A stretch of DNA of 64,000 nucleotides from Nitrospinales bacterium (GTDB taxonomy: Bacteria; Nitrospinota; Nitrospinia; Nitrospinales; VA-1). Where the stretch lies: the NCBI GenBank assembly GCA_965223795.1, contig CBDCXL010000002.1, positions 2,112,001 through 2,176,000 of the forward strand, written 5' to 3'. Shown here piece by piece: positions 39,948-49,695 of this stretch; position 1 is the first letter of the stretch; each line of letters starts with the position of its first letter. Below the pieces are notes generated by a model. It did not search any database. It was given only the letters and a program-made list of their open reading frames with translations, and had not been told where the DNA came from. Both the position numbers and the translations under genes were made by a program.

Positions 39948-41852
39948 ATGAAAGACCTGCGAAACTTTCTGCTTGGTTTCATTTTCATGGGATTTCTTAT
40001 CCTGCCTGCTCCCATCGCCTCCGCCGGGTTGTTCGACAACGACGAGGAAAACTGGCGGCGTATTTTCGGCGAAATCAAAAAAATCAATGCCCGGCTCGTG
40101 TCCCTGGAAATGGGCAAGCTGAAAGCCATTCAGGGCGTCGAAGAGGACCTTCTCAGGCAGGTTCAGGACATCAAAACCATCCTTCCCGATCTGCAGGGCA
40201 GCGTGGAGCAGGGGCAGTCCGACCTTGCGGCTTACGTCAACGCCACCAATAAAAAGCTCGACCAGATCGAGGCGCAGATCCGTTCCGAGATCGCCAAAAG
40301 CTTCGCCACCAAAATGGCCAGTGTGGAAAAGCAGATGACCAGCCTCAACCAGCATCTGACTCAGCAGGTGGACGCGAACGAAAAATTTCAGACCAGCATG
40401 GCCGGGCAGTTCGACGCCCTGAAGAAGTCGCTGGCCGGAGACATGGACAAGTTCGCCAAGCTCAACCAGCAGCAGTTTCAGGATCTTTCCAAGTCGAACA
40501 ACGAGTCTTTGGTGAAGGTCGTGGCCCAGCTCAAGACCCAGACCCAGACGCTCGACAAGGCCAACGAAATCTTCAAGTCGGAGCTGATCCCCGCCATCAT
40601 CAAGCAGAACGAAAAGGCGCGGCAGGTGCTGCTCGCTGAAATCAGCAAGTCGAACAATGAAAACAACAAGGCGGTGGTGGCCGGGTTTTCGGAAATCAAT
40701 CAAAAAAACCAGAAGCTGGTGGAGATCCTGGAAAAAAGTCTCAAGGAAGACCAGGAAAGCCGGCAGAAGATCGAAGTCATCTTCAGCAACATGGGGCAGA
40801 CCAACGACAACGTCATGCGGGCGCATGAGAATATCGTCAAGCTGAAAGACAGCCTGATCGCCCAATTGGACAGCATCTCCCAGGTCATGGACACGCTGTC
40901 CAAGGTACAGGAAAATCTGGTCACCCAGTCCAGCACCGGTTCGCAGAAAATCGAGCTGGTCAACAAGAACCTGATGGTGGCCGACGACAAGATCAACAAA
41001 CTGGCCGAGAGCCTCAAGGGCGTCAACGCGCAGAGCGCATCCTCGGCGGCGCTTCTGGCGGCGATCCACGACAAGCTGGATCTTCTTAAAGGCGCGGGCC
41101 TGCAAAACGATCAGAAGGTCGACAAGCTCATGGGCACGTCCACTCAGATGACCGCCCGCACCACCGAAATCAGCCAGTCGCTGCAGAATTTCGAGAAATC
41201 GCTGTCGACCCTGGAAGCCGGACTCGGCAACGTCGATCTGGCGAACACCAAGCTTTCCAAACTCATCGACATCCTGAAATCCATGGCTTCCGAGCAGGGC
41301 AAGCTGGTGCAGGTTCTCGCCACCCAGGGTGAGATCAAGCAGTCCCAGGGACAGGTGCTCAAGGCGCAGGTGGAGTTGAACAAGGCGCAGGTGCAGATGA
41401 GCAAGGCGCAGGCGGATATGAGCCGGGCGCAGGTGCAGATGAACCAGGATCAGTCCGGCTTCACCAAGCATCAGCAGGAGATCAAGAACACCCAGCTTGA
41501 GATGAACAAGGTGCAGGCCGAGATCCGCAAGGCCCAGGCGGAAATGCTGCGCGTGCAGAAGGAAACCAAACAGGCGCAGGCTGAATTGCGCCAGGCGCAG
41601 TTGGATATGAAGCGCGCCCAGTCTCAGGTGCTCAAGACCCAGGCCGAAATCATCCGCACGCAGGATGAGATTGTCAAAACCCAGTCCGATATCAAAAAGA
41701 CGCAGATTTCCAGCCAGAAAGCGGAACTGGAGACCAAGAAGGTTTTAAGCGAGCTCTCGCGCAAGGCCAACGTCAACATCTCCCGCAACGACGCCATCCG
41801 CAAAACCCTGGCCAGTCTTGCCAAAGGGCCTGCTTCCGCGAAAGCCCCCTGA
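39948..41852 (+). CDS. Exported long coiled-coil protein at the cpoB/ybgF position, no TPR domain
   Basis: Signal peptide, AGLFDNDEE mature start, heptad pattern throughout. Confidence 0.75.
   Translation: MKDLRNFLLGFIFMGFLILPAPIASAGLFDNDEENWRRIFGEIKKINARLVSLEMGKLKAIQGVEEDLLRQVQDIKTILPDLQGSVEQGQSDLAAYVNATNKKLDQIEAQIRSEIAKSFATKMASVEKQMTSLNQHLTQQVDANEKFQTSMAGQFDALKKSLAGDMDKFAKLNQQQFQDLSKSNNESLVKVVAQLKTQTQTLDKANEIFKSELIPAIIKQNEKARQVLLAEISKSNNENNKAVVAGFSEINQKNQKLVEILEKSLKEDQESRQKIEVIFSNMGQTNDNVMRAHENIVKLKDSLIAQLDSISQVMDTLSKVQENLVTQSSTGSQKIELVNKNLMVADDKINKLAESLKGVNAQSASSAALLAAIHDKLDLLKGAGLQNDQKVDKLMGTSTQMTARTTEISQSLQNFEKSLSTLEAGLGNVDLANTKLSKLIDILKSMASEQGKLVQVLATQGEIKQSQGQVLKAQVELNKAQVQMSKAQADMSRAQVQMNQDQSGFTKHQQEIKNTQLEMNKVQAEIRKAQAEMLRVQKETKQAQAELRQAQLDMKRAQSQVLKTQAEIIRTQDEIVKTQSDIKKTQISSQKAELETKKVLSELSRKANVNISRNDAIRKTLASLAKGPASAKAP
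41322..41720 (+). repeat. 19 tandem xQxx(I/L/M/V)xx heptads (degenerate 21-bp repeat)
   Basis: TQGEIKQ-SQGQVLK-AQVELNK-AQVQMSK-AQADMSR...TQSDIKK-TQISSQK. Confidence 0.85.
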
Positions 41853-41995
41853 CCGCAGGTGGACCGCGCTGCCCGGCGCCTCTTAATTTTTCACTCCCGC
41901 TTCGGCGCACTGCCGACTGCGTTTTGCATCGGCAGGAATCTATCACCGGACGCACTGCCACCATGCGGTTTTAATCTCCCGCCTGTTTCCCGTTT

Positions 41996-43378
41996 ATGGC
42001 CAAAACCCAATCGCAATTCGTCTGCCAGAGCTGCGGGCACCGCGCGCCCAAATGGCTCGGCAAATGCCCGGAATGCGGAGAGTGGAACACGCTTTCCGAG
42101 GAAGTCGTGAAAAGCCGTGCGCCGGGCGTCAACCCGCGCGGCGTCTCCGGCGGCGCGGCGGAGCCCGCCCTGTACGCCATCACCGAGATCGAGAGCCTGA
42201 ACGCGGCGCGCAGGAGCACGGGAATCAGCGAATTCGACCGGACGCTGGGAGGCGGCGCGGTGGACGGCTCGCTGGTGCTTCTCGGCGGCGATCCGGGAAT
42301 CGGCAAGTCCACGCTCATGCTGCAGGCGGCGGGCCGCATGGCCGGTTTGGGCATGAAAGTGCTCTACGTTTCCGGAGAGGAGTCGCCGGCGCAGATCAAG
42401 ATGCGGGCGGAACGGCTGAGCGCCCTCACTGAGAACCTGCTGATCAGCCCTGAAATCTGCATCGAGGAAATTCTGCGCCTGGTGGAAAAGGTGGACCCCG
42501 CGGTGCTGGTGCTCGATTCGATTCAGACTTTTTTTTCCCAGGAACTCACCTCAGCGCCGGGCAGCATCGGCCAGGTGCGGGAAGTGGCGTTCAAGATTTT
42601 CCAGGCGGTGAAGCAGCGGGCGCTGCCGACCTTTCTGATCGGCCACATCACCAAGGAGGGCGCGCTCGCGGGCCCCAAAACGCTCGAGCACATCGTCGAT
42701 ACGGTGATATACTTCGAGGGCGACCGCGGCCACAGTTACCGGATTTTGAGGACGATCAAGAACCGTTTCGGCTCCACACCGGAGATCGGCGTGTTCGAGA
42801 TGACCGCCGGCGGACTGAACACGGTGGACAACCCTTCGGAGATCTTTCTTTCGGAGCGGCCCGCCGATTCGCCCGGCTCGGTCATCGTTTCCAGTTTTGA
42901 AGGCAGCCGCACGCTGCTGGTCGAGGTGCAGGCTCTGGTGAGCACGTCCTCTTCCATCGGCATGCCGCGCCGGATGGCGACGGGACTTGACCAAAACCGC
43001 ATGACGCTGCTGATCGCCATCATGGAAAAACGCATGGGGCTGCAGTTTCAGGGCGAGGACATCTTCGTCAATCTGGCGGGCGGCATCAAGGTTTTGGAAC
43101 CGGCCATCGATCTGGGCGTGGCATCGGCGATCGCGAGCAGTTTCAAGAACCAGGTGATCGACCGCAAAACGGTGATGATCGGTGAGGTCGGACTCACCGG
43201 CGAAGTCCGTTCGGTCATGCAGCTGGAATCGCGCATCATGGAAGCCAAGCGGCTCGGATTCACCCGCTGCATCGTGCCGCAATCCGCCCGCAAGGGCCAG
43301 GACCTGGCGAAAGGACCGCTTGAGATCCGTTACGTCAAGGATCTAATCGAAGCGTTCGACATCATTTTCGAATCCTGA
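41996..43378 (+). CDS. radA: DNA repair protein RadA/Sms
   Basis: CQSC..CPEC, GDPGIGKST, KNRFG. Confidence 0.97.
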   Translation: MAKTQSQFVCQSCGHRAPKWLGKCPECGEWNTLSEEVVKSRAPGVNPRGVSGGAAEPALYAITEIESLNAARRSTGISEFDRTLGGGAVDGSLVLLGGDPGIGKSTLMLQAAGRMAGLGMKVLYVSGEESPAQIKMRAERLSALTENLLISPEICIEEILRLVEKVDPAVLVLDSIQTFFSQELTSAPGSIGQVREVAFKIFQAVKQRALPTFLIGHITKEGALAGPKTLEHIVDTVIYFEGDRGHSYRILRTIKNRFGSTPEIGVFEMTAGGLNTVDNPSEIFLSERPADSPGSVIVSSFEGSRTLLVEVQALVSTSSSIGMPRRMATGLDQNRMTLLIAIMEKRMGLQFQGEDIFVNLAGGIKVLEPAIDLGVASAIASSFKNQVIDRKTVMIGEVGLTGEVRSVMQLESRIMEAKRLGFTRCIVPQSARKGQDLAKGPLEIRYVKDLIEAFDIIFES

Positions 43379-43444
43379 ACCGCAGACCCGGAATCCGTTT
43401 CGTTTGAACCGAACTCAAGACCGCATTCACCGGCTGGAAATCAC

Positions 43445-44131
43445 ATGAAAGTCGCCGCCATCATACCCGCGGCGGGCCAGGGCGTCCGCATGGGAGCCGC
43501 CGTTCCGAAGCAGTTTCTTTCTCTCAACGGCAAGCCGCTTCTTTATCACACGCTGCAAGCGCTTGCCGGCAGCGGCGCCGTCGATGCCGCCGTGCTGGTG
43601 GTGCCGGAGGCGGAATTCGCCGAAGCGCAGGCCAGCTGGCCGCGCCAGTGCCCGATCGTCAAACAGGTCGTCATCGGCGGAGCGCAGCGGCAGGACTCGG
43701 TGCGCAACGGACTCAACGCCCTCGATGCGGACACGGATATCGTGATGACGCACGACGGCGTGCGGCCCTTCGTGACGAGCGAACTGGTTCGCGCGGTGGT
43801 GCAGGCGGCGGACGAAAAGGGCGCCGCCGTCGCGGCGGTTCCCGCCAGCGACACGCTCAAGCATGCCGATGAAAAAGGCGTGGTCACGCGCACGGTGGAC
43901 CGGCAAGGGGTGTGGCGCATCCAGACGCCGCAGGCTTTTCGCTACGCGCTGCTCCTGGAAGCGTTCGGCAAGGCGGCGCGGGATTCCTACTACGGCACCG
44001 ACGAAGGGGCGCTGGTGGAGCACCTGGGGCGGCCGGTTCACATCGTGCGCGGTTCGGAGCTGAACATCAAGATCACGCAGGCGGACGATCTCATTCTGGC
44101 GGAAGCCATCCTGGCGCAGAGGAGCCGGTGA
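43445..44131 (+). CDS. ispD: 2-C-methyl-D-erythritol 4-phosphate cytidylyltransferase
   Basis: PAAGQGVRM..PKQF, HDGVRP, QTPQAF, NIKIT. Confidence 0.93.
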   Translation: MKVAAIIPAAGQGVRMGAAVPKQFLSLNGKPLLYHTLQALAGSGAVDAAVLVVPEAEFAEAQASWPRQCPIVKQVVIGGAQRQDSVRNGLNALDADTDIVMTHDGVRPFVTSELVRAVVQAADEKGAAVAAVPASDTLKHADEKGVVTRTVDRQGVWRIQTPQAFRYALLLEAFGKAARDSYYGTDEGALVEHLGRPVHIVRGSELNIKITQADDLILAEAILAQRSR

Positions 44132-44247
44132 GAGCCGTTTCGTTCCTGCATCCCGCGTGTTGCTGAAAAATTCTTGCTCCCATTCGCGGCGGGTTTCATC
44201 TAAAGGTTGAACCTAAAACCCCATCATTCGAACAAAGGAGACAGCGC

Positions 44248-44685
44248 ATGCTCGCCACCGGGACTCAGGCACCTGATTTTTCCGTCAAGGACCACAACGG
44301 CAACACCGTCACCCTGAAGGATCTCAGAGGAAAAAAAGTGGTGCTGTGGTTTTACCCCAAGGCGGACACGCCGGGCTGCACGATGGAAGGCCAGGGATTC
44401 CGCGACGACTATGAAAAATTCAAAAATAAAAACACGCAGGTGTACGGCGTCAGCCTCGACAACGAGGCGGACAACAAGGCGTTCGCGGAAAAGTATTCTT
44501 TCCCGTTTCCGCTGCTGTGCGATGTGAACCGCGAGATTTCCCTCGCCTACCACGCGGTCGCCAATGCCGGCGATGACTACGCCTCGCGCATCTCGTATGT
44601 GATCGACGAGAATGGCAACATCATCGAGGCGATTGAAAAGGTGGACACGAAGACGCATTCTTCCGACCTGTGCTCGCGCCTGTGA
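44248..44685 (+). CDS. bcp: Peroxiredoxin, BCP/PrxQ type
   Basis: FYPKADTPGCTMEG. Confidence 0.88.
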   Translation: MLATGTQAPDFSVKDHNGNTVTLKDLRGKKVVLWFYPKADTPGCTMEGQGFRDDYEKFKNKNTQVYGVSLDNEADNKAFAEKYSFPFPLLCDVNREISLAYHAVANAGDDYASRISYVIDENGNIIEAIEKVDTKTHSSDLCSRL

Positions 44686-44830
44686 GCGAACCGGCCGCAT
44701 CGACATCGGTCTGCTGAAATGCGAGCGGCGCGAATCGCCCCGCCGTTGTGCCGCGGCCGGGCGCGCTTGATTCTAAGCGGTCGAAGCGGTACCATGTCCA
44801 CTCAATTCCCCAAATTGCGGAGAACGCCCC

Positions 44831-45994
44831 ATGGCCTATAAGGATTTTCTTTTGCCCGAACCTTTGAAACCGAACCAGAAAAAGGAGAAGGGCGAAATCC
44901 TTGAGACCCGGATCAATCATCACGATTTCGGCGCCATCAACGACGTGGCCGATCTTGTGGATTCGTTTCAGTCCGCATCGATCCAGGCGCGCAACATCGG
45001 GCTCTGCGCCAACGTGTTTAAAAAGATGTTGACCGACGAGGAACGGCCCACCATTCTTCTGGGGCTTGCGGGTCCTCTGATCGCCGCGGGGCTGAGGAAG
45101 GTGATCCGCGACATGGTGCACCACAACATGGTGGACGTCATCGTTTCCACCGGCGCGATTCTGTATCAGGATTATTACGCCGCGCAGGGAGGCGGGCACT
45201 ACCTGGGCAGCCCGCACGCGGACGACACCAAGCTGCGGGATCTGTTCATCAACCGCATCTACGACACCTACGTGGATGAGGAGCTGTTCGCGGAGTACGA
45301 CACAAAGATCGGAAACTTCGCCGGCACCCTGGAGCCGAGGAGTTATTCCAGCCGCGAATTTCTGCACGCCCTGTCGGCCACCATCGACGATCCCGAATCG
45401 ATCCTGGTCACGGCGCGCAAGAAAGGCGTGCCGGTGTTCTGCCCGGCGCTCAACGATTCGAGCATCGGCATCGGGCTCACGGAACACTACTACGTCAGCC
45501 GCAAGGAAGGGCGCACGCCCATCACCATCGACGCGATCCGCGACAACTACGAGCTGACGCAGGCGGTGGTGCAGTCTCCGCGCACGGCGGCGTTCTACGT
45601 GGCGGGCGGCGTTCCCAAAAATTACATCAACGACTCCATCGTCATGTCCTACATCTTCGGGCAATACACCGGCGGCCACAAATACGCCCTGCAGATGACA
45701 GCCGACGCGCCGCACTGGGGCGGACTGAGCGGCAGCACGCTGGCGGAAGCGCAGTCCTGGGGCAAGGTCAACAAGGAAGCGAATTTTGCGATGGCGTTCA
45801 TCGAGCCCAGCGTGTCGCTGCCGCTGGTGTTCGGGCACGCGTATCAGCGCGGCCACTTCAAGGACCGGGCTGAACTCGAATTTGTGTGGGAGCAGGACCG
45901 CCTCAAGGAATTGAACGCCGTGGCTCCCGTTCACACCGGCGCCCCTCCGGTGCGTGAAACCGACAAACTCCACTCTCAGTTCACATCCAGGTAG
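44831..45994 (+). CDS. Deoxyhypusine synthase-like protein (probable homospermidine synthase)
   Basis: INRIYD, DSSIG, GGVPKN, GGLSGSTLAEAQSWGKV. Confidence 0.85.
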   Translation: MAYKDFLLPEPLKPNQKKEKGEILETRINHHDFGAINDVADLVDSFQSASIQARNIGLCANVFKKMLTDEERPTILLGLAGPLIAAGLRKVIRDMVHHNMVDVIVSTGAILYQDYYAAQGGGHYLGSPHADDTKLRDLFINRIYDTYVDEELFAEYDTKIGNFAGTLEPRSYSSREFLHALSATIDDPESILVTARKKGVPVFCPALNDSSIGIGLTEHYYVSRKEGRTPITIDAIRDNYELTQAVVQSPRTAAFYVAGGVPKNYINDSIVMSYIFGQYTGGHKYALQMTADAPHWGGLSGSTLAEAQSWGKVNKEANFAMAFIEPSVSLPLVFGHAYQRGHFKDRAELEFVWEQDRLKELNAVAPVHTGAPPVRETDKLHSQFTSR

Positions 45995-47100
45995 AATTTC
46001 ACCGTATCGATCTTGTCCGATTCTTTCAGCCTTTCCTTGATACGGTCGAAGCGCGATTTCAATTCCTGCGGGTCCAGCAGGTTGTCCACACGCACGTAAA
46101 GATCGACGATGGTTTTGCCCTTGATGTGGTGCACGCGCATTCCCGTTTTTTCCAGCCAGCCGTTTTCCGGTTCCAGTCCGGCGTCGATGCTGCTTTTCAA
46201 ATCCTCGCGCGTGGCGGGAAACACCGTCTGCACGGCGTCGTCCGGCTCGGCATCGACGTGCACCAGCACGTCCTGAATTTTGCTGAAATTTTTGATCAGG
46301 TTGCGCCGCACCCGCTCGGCGATGGTGTGTCCCTCGGTCACGGTGAGATCGTGGTCCACCTGGATGTGCACGTCCATCATGATTTCGCCGCCCACGCGCC
46401 GGGTGCGCAGGTCGTGATAGCGGATCACTTCGGGAATGCCGTCGATGACTTCCTGAATTCTGCGGATCTTTTCCTCACTCAAACCGGTGTCCATGAGATC
46501 GCGGAAACCGCCCAGGAAAATCTCGATACCCACTTTGAGGATCAGCAGCGCCACCACGATCCCGGCCAAGGGGTCGAGAATGGGATAACCCATGAGCGCG
46601 CCGCCGATTCCCACCAGGGCCGCCACGGAAGAGATGGCGTCGGAGCGGTGGTGCCAGGCGTTGGCGACGACGGACGGGCTGCCGGTTTTCTCACCCACTC
46701 TTACGGTGTAATGAAACAGCCCTTCCTTGACCAGGATGGACACGACCGCGGCGGCGGCCGCAACCCAGGTGGGAATGCGGTCGGATCCGCTTTGCATCAC
46801 GTCCCAGGCTTCCAGGCCGATGCCGACGGCCGCGAGGATGATCAGGATGCCCACGAGGGTGGCGCCCAGGGTTTCGGCGCGGCCGTGGCCGTAGGGGTGG
46901 TCGTCGTCGGCGGGAATCATGCCTATTTTGTGCGCCGCCAATACCACGAAGTCGGTGACGAGATCGGACAGCGAGTGCACCGCATCGGCAATCAGCGCCG
47001 TGCTCATGCCCAGCCAGCCACCGGCGAATTTGATCGCGGAGAGAAACAGGTTGGCGGCGGCGCCGACCAGGGTGACTTTGATTCCGGGAGAAAGGGGCAT
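45976..47100 (-). CDS. Cation diffusion facilitator transporter (FieF-like)
   Basis: ADAVHSLSD, HPYGHGRAE, AWHHRSDA; extra C-terminal domain. Confidence 0.92.
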   Translation of the reverse strand: MPLSPGIKVTLVGAAANLFLSAIKFAGGWLGMSTALIADAVHSLSDLVTDFVVLAAHKIGMIPADDDHPYGHGRAETLGATLVGILIILAAVGIGLEAWDVMQSGSDRIPTWVAAAAAVVSILVKEGLFHYTVRVGEKTGSPSVVANAWHHRSDAISSVAALVGIGGALMGYPILDPLAGIVVALLILKVGIEIFLGGFRDLMDTGLSEEKIRRIQEVIDGIPEVIRYHDLRTRRVGGEIMMDVHIQVDHDLTVTEGHTIAERVRRNLIKNFSKIQDVLVHVDAEPDDAVQTVFPATREDLKSSIDAGLEPENGWLEKTGMRVHHIKGKTIVDLYVRVDNLLDPQELKSRFDRIKERLKESDKIDTVKFYLDVN

Positions 47101-47133
47101 GTTTTTTTTCTTAAAGCCTGCGCGGCTGCGGGG

Positions 47134-48279
47134 TTAACGGGAACTTTGTTTTTTTGCCTTGTGGTTATTCGCAGCCGCGGGACGCACCGCATGCCCGTTT
47201 TGCCGCAGTTTTGTTAAAATTTTAGCATTGGCGGCGGGAAAAGGATATCGATCCATTTGATCCAGCGGCACCCATTTCCACGCCTCGCAGCTCGTCGGGC
47301 GCAATCTGCCTTTTTCCAGATCGCAGAGAAACACGTGCAGTGTGACGCGAAACTGCGTGTAGCTGTGCTTGACGACCATGAGTTTTTCCTTGAGCCTGAC
47401 TTCGACCCCAAGCTCCTCGCGGATCTCCCGTTGCAGGCCGTCTTCCGGGCTTTCGTTTTTTTCAAGTTTGCCGCCGGGAAATTCCCACAGCCCTCCCATC
47501 AGCCCCTTGAATGGCCGTTTCTGGATGTAGACCTTGCCGTTGCGGCGGATCACGGCGGCGCTGACGCTGATCTTTTTCGCCGGGGCGCGTTCCTTCGCCG
47601 GAGGGAAACGGTCCTGCACGCCTTCACGTTTCGCCTCGCAGGAGGCGCCAATTGGACACAACAGGCAAAGCGGATTCTGCGGCAGGCAGAGCGTGGCGCC
47701 AAGCTCCATCACCGCCTGGTTGAAATCGCCGGGACGGGATGCGGGAACCAGGCTTTCCGCGGCCAGCCACAGGCGGTTTTCGGAGGCTTTGTTGCGGCCG
47801 TTCTCGTCGAGGCAGAACAAGCGCGAGAGCACCCGCTTGACGTTGCCGTCGAGAACCGGAACCGGTTTGTCGAAAGCGATGCTCAGCACCGCTCCGGCGG
47901 TGTAGCGGCCCACTCCCGGCAGGGTGAGGATTTCATCGAGCGTGCCGGGAACCCTGCCGTCGTGTTCGTTGACGATGGTTTTCGCGGCGCGGTGCAGATT
48001 GCGTGCGCGCGAATAATAACCCAGCCCTTCCCACAGCTTCAGCACGCGGCTCTCGCGCGCGGCGGCGAGCTTGTGCACGGTGGGAAACGCCGCCGTCCAG
48101 CGCTCGAAATAGGGGATCACGGTCTTCACCTGAGTCTGCTGCAGCATCATCTCCGAGACCAGAATGAGGTAAGGGTCCCGCGTGTCACGCCAGGGCATGG
48201 CGCGCTGGTCGCGGTCGAACCAGCCGAGCAGGTTTTTCTGCAGCGTGGCGATGGATTCGGGAGAGATCATCGATGTCAT
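47134..48279 (-). CDS. mutY: A/G-specific adenine glycosylase with intact Nudix C-terminal domain
   Basis: SEMMLQQT, WEGLGYYSRARNL, LPGVGRYTA, Cx6Cx2Cx5C. Confidence 0.95.
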   Translation of the reverse strand: MTSMISPESIATLQKNLLGWFDRDQRAMPWRDTRDPYLILVSEMMLQQTQVKTVIPYFERWTAAFPTVHKLAAARESRVLKLWEGLGYYSRARNLHRAAKTIVNEHDGRVPGTLDEILTLPGVGRYTAGAVLSIAFDKPVPVLDGNVKRVLSRLFCLDENGRNKASENRLWLAAESLVPASRPGDFNQAVMELGATLCLPQNPLCLLCPIGASCEAKREGVQDRFPPAKERAPAKKISVSAAVIRRNGKVYIQKRPFKGLMGGLWEFPGGKLEKNESPEDGLQREIREELGVEVRLKEKLMVVKHSYTQFRVTLHVFLCDLEKGRLRPTSCEAWKWVPLDQMDRYPFPAANAKILTKLRQNGHAVRPAAANNHKAKKQSSR

Positions 48280-48326
48280 GGAAATGCGTGATGCGGCGTG
48301 AGAGGGTTTCGGTTGCCCGGCTGCGG

Positions 48327-48965
48327 TCAGACGCCGATCGCGTCCTTGCTCCAGATCACTTTGTGCAGCTGGGTCTGCAGGCGCACGGGAAGATTGTCCG
48401 CAAGGATCCATTCGGCCAGATCCTTGAGGGGCAGTTTGTCGTAGACGGGAGAAAACAGAATGCGGGCTTTTTCATCGAGCGCGTGCTTTGTGATGATGTC
48501 CTTGCTCCACTCGTAATCGCTGCGGTCGAGGATGACGAATTTCACTTCGTCGTTCGCATTCAGGTAGCGCAGGTTTTCGTAGAGATTTTTATCCGCCTCG
48601 CCGCTTCCGGGACATTTGAGGTCCAGGATCTTGATCACGGCATCCGGCACCGCTTTGATGGACAGCGAACCCCCGGTTTCCAGCAGCACGCGGTGGCCCT
48701 TGTCCAGAAGCCGGCGCATCAGGGGGACGGCGTCTTTCTGGGCCAGCGGTTCACCGCCGGTGATTTCCACAAGCGGGGTGTCGAACGCTTCCACCGCGGC
48801 GACGATCGCATCGAGGCTCATGTCCGTGCCTTCGTAAAAGGCGTGCTCGGTGTCGCACCAGGTGCAGCGCAGGTTGCAGCCGGTGAGGCGCACGAACACG
48901 CAGGGCAGGCCGGTGTACGACGATTCACCCTGGATACTCCTGTAGATTTCGTGGATTTTCAGCAT
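48327..48965 (-). CDS. queE: 7-carboxy-7-deazaguanine synthase
   Basis: SIQGE, GCNLRCTWCDT, TGGEP, QLHKVIW. Confidence 0.9.
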   Translation of the reverse strand: MLKIHEIYRSIQGESSYTGLPCVFVRLTGCNLRCTWCDTEHAFYEGTDMSLDAIVAAVEAFDTPLVEITGGEPLAQKDAVPLMRRLLDKGHRVLLETGGSLSIKAVPDAVIKILDLKCPGSGEADKNLYENLRYLNANDEVKFVILDRSDYEWSKDIITKHALDEKARILFSPVYDKLPLKDLAEWILADNLPVRLQTQLHKVIWSKDAIGV

Positions 48966-49092
48966 GGTAGTCGCAGCGTGCAATTATTACTGTCCCGATT
49001 CTACAACAACTGCCGCGCGGGATCATCCCTCAGCCGGGGCAGGACGGACTTGCGGCGAATAAAAGACGGAATTTCAGTTGTTTTCGGTGGGA

Positions 49093-49476
49093 CTACTGAA
49101 TGGCGACCACGCCGGTCGAATCGATGTTGAAGCTGTTGGAACTTGCGGTGTGCGAGGCGGTGATGTCGAATCCCTGCTCGGTGGTGTTGGTGAGCGTGAG
49201 GTTGACGTTGGGAGACTGCTCGTAACCATACGTCACCGAGGTGGCGACGGCGAGGGTGCAGTTGGCGGTGCCCAGCGAGTCGGCCCAGTAGGCCTTGCAG
49301 ACTTTGAATATGTTCTGCAGGTCGGACTTGGCGAGCGAATCGTAGCTGCGCTGCTTGTACTCGGTGAACCGGGGAATGGCGATGGCCGCGAGAACGCCGA
49401 TGATGCCGATCACGATCAGAACTTCGATCAAAGTGAATCCCTTGCTGTTTTTGAAGTGTTCATGTTGACGCTTCAT
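49093..49476 (-). CDS. pilA: Type IV pilin, probable major pilin
   Basis: KG|FTLIEVLIVIGIIGVLAAIAIP; 114-aa mature protein; sigma54 promoter upstream. Confidence 0.85.
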   Translation of the reverse strand: MKRQHEHFKNSKGFTLIEVLIVIGIIGVLAAIAIPRFTEYKQRSYDSLAKSDLQNIFKVCKAYWADSLGTANCTLAVATSVTYGYEQSPNVNLTLTNTTEQGFDITASHTASSNSFNIDSTGVVAIQ

Positions 49477-49558
49477 GGTCTTGGCACCGGGTATGGGTTG
49501 CCCCTGTTTCAGGGGAATCTGGGCTGATTTTCGAGAGTGTGATTTGTATCACATAAGA

Positions 49559-49574
49559 TGCAAGTCCGGTACCA
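49559..49574 (-). promoter_or_regulatory. sigma54 (-24/-12) promoter of pilin
   Basis: Minus strand TGGTAC-CGGAC-TTGCA. Confidence 0.75.
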
Positions 49575-49661
49575 AAGCGGACGATTGCGTGTGAAAAAAC
49601 GCAATCTTATGATTTACAGTGCATTATTTTTATGACAGTAGGGGCTGGGGGCTGGGTTCAG

Positions 49662-49695
49662 TGGCAAAATTTGCCATATTTGACAATTTTTGTTG
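49662..49695. promoter_or_regulatory. Putative enhancer (PilR-like activator) sites
   Basis: Palindrome TGGCAAAATTTGCCA (49662-49676) and related TGACAATTTTTGTTG (49681-49695), about 90-120 bp upstream of the -24 element. Confidence 0.55.

Noticed and set aside
41322..41720. 21-bp periodic DNA as a CRISPR or non-coding tandem repeat
   Set aside because: It is degenerate, in frame and explained by protein heptads; there are no spacers
44365..44385. Selenocysteine in the peroxiredoxin active site
   Set aside because: The codon is TGC (Cys), not TGA
44831..45994. Deoxyhypusine synthase-like enzyme as the modifier of the unusual EF-P
   Set aside because: It is more than 10 kb from efp and in a different operon; bacterial homologues are generally homospermidine synthases; the EF-P tip residue is Asn
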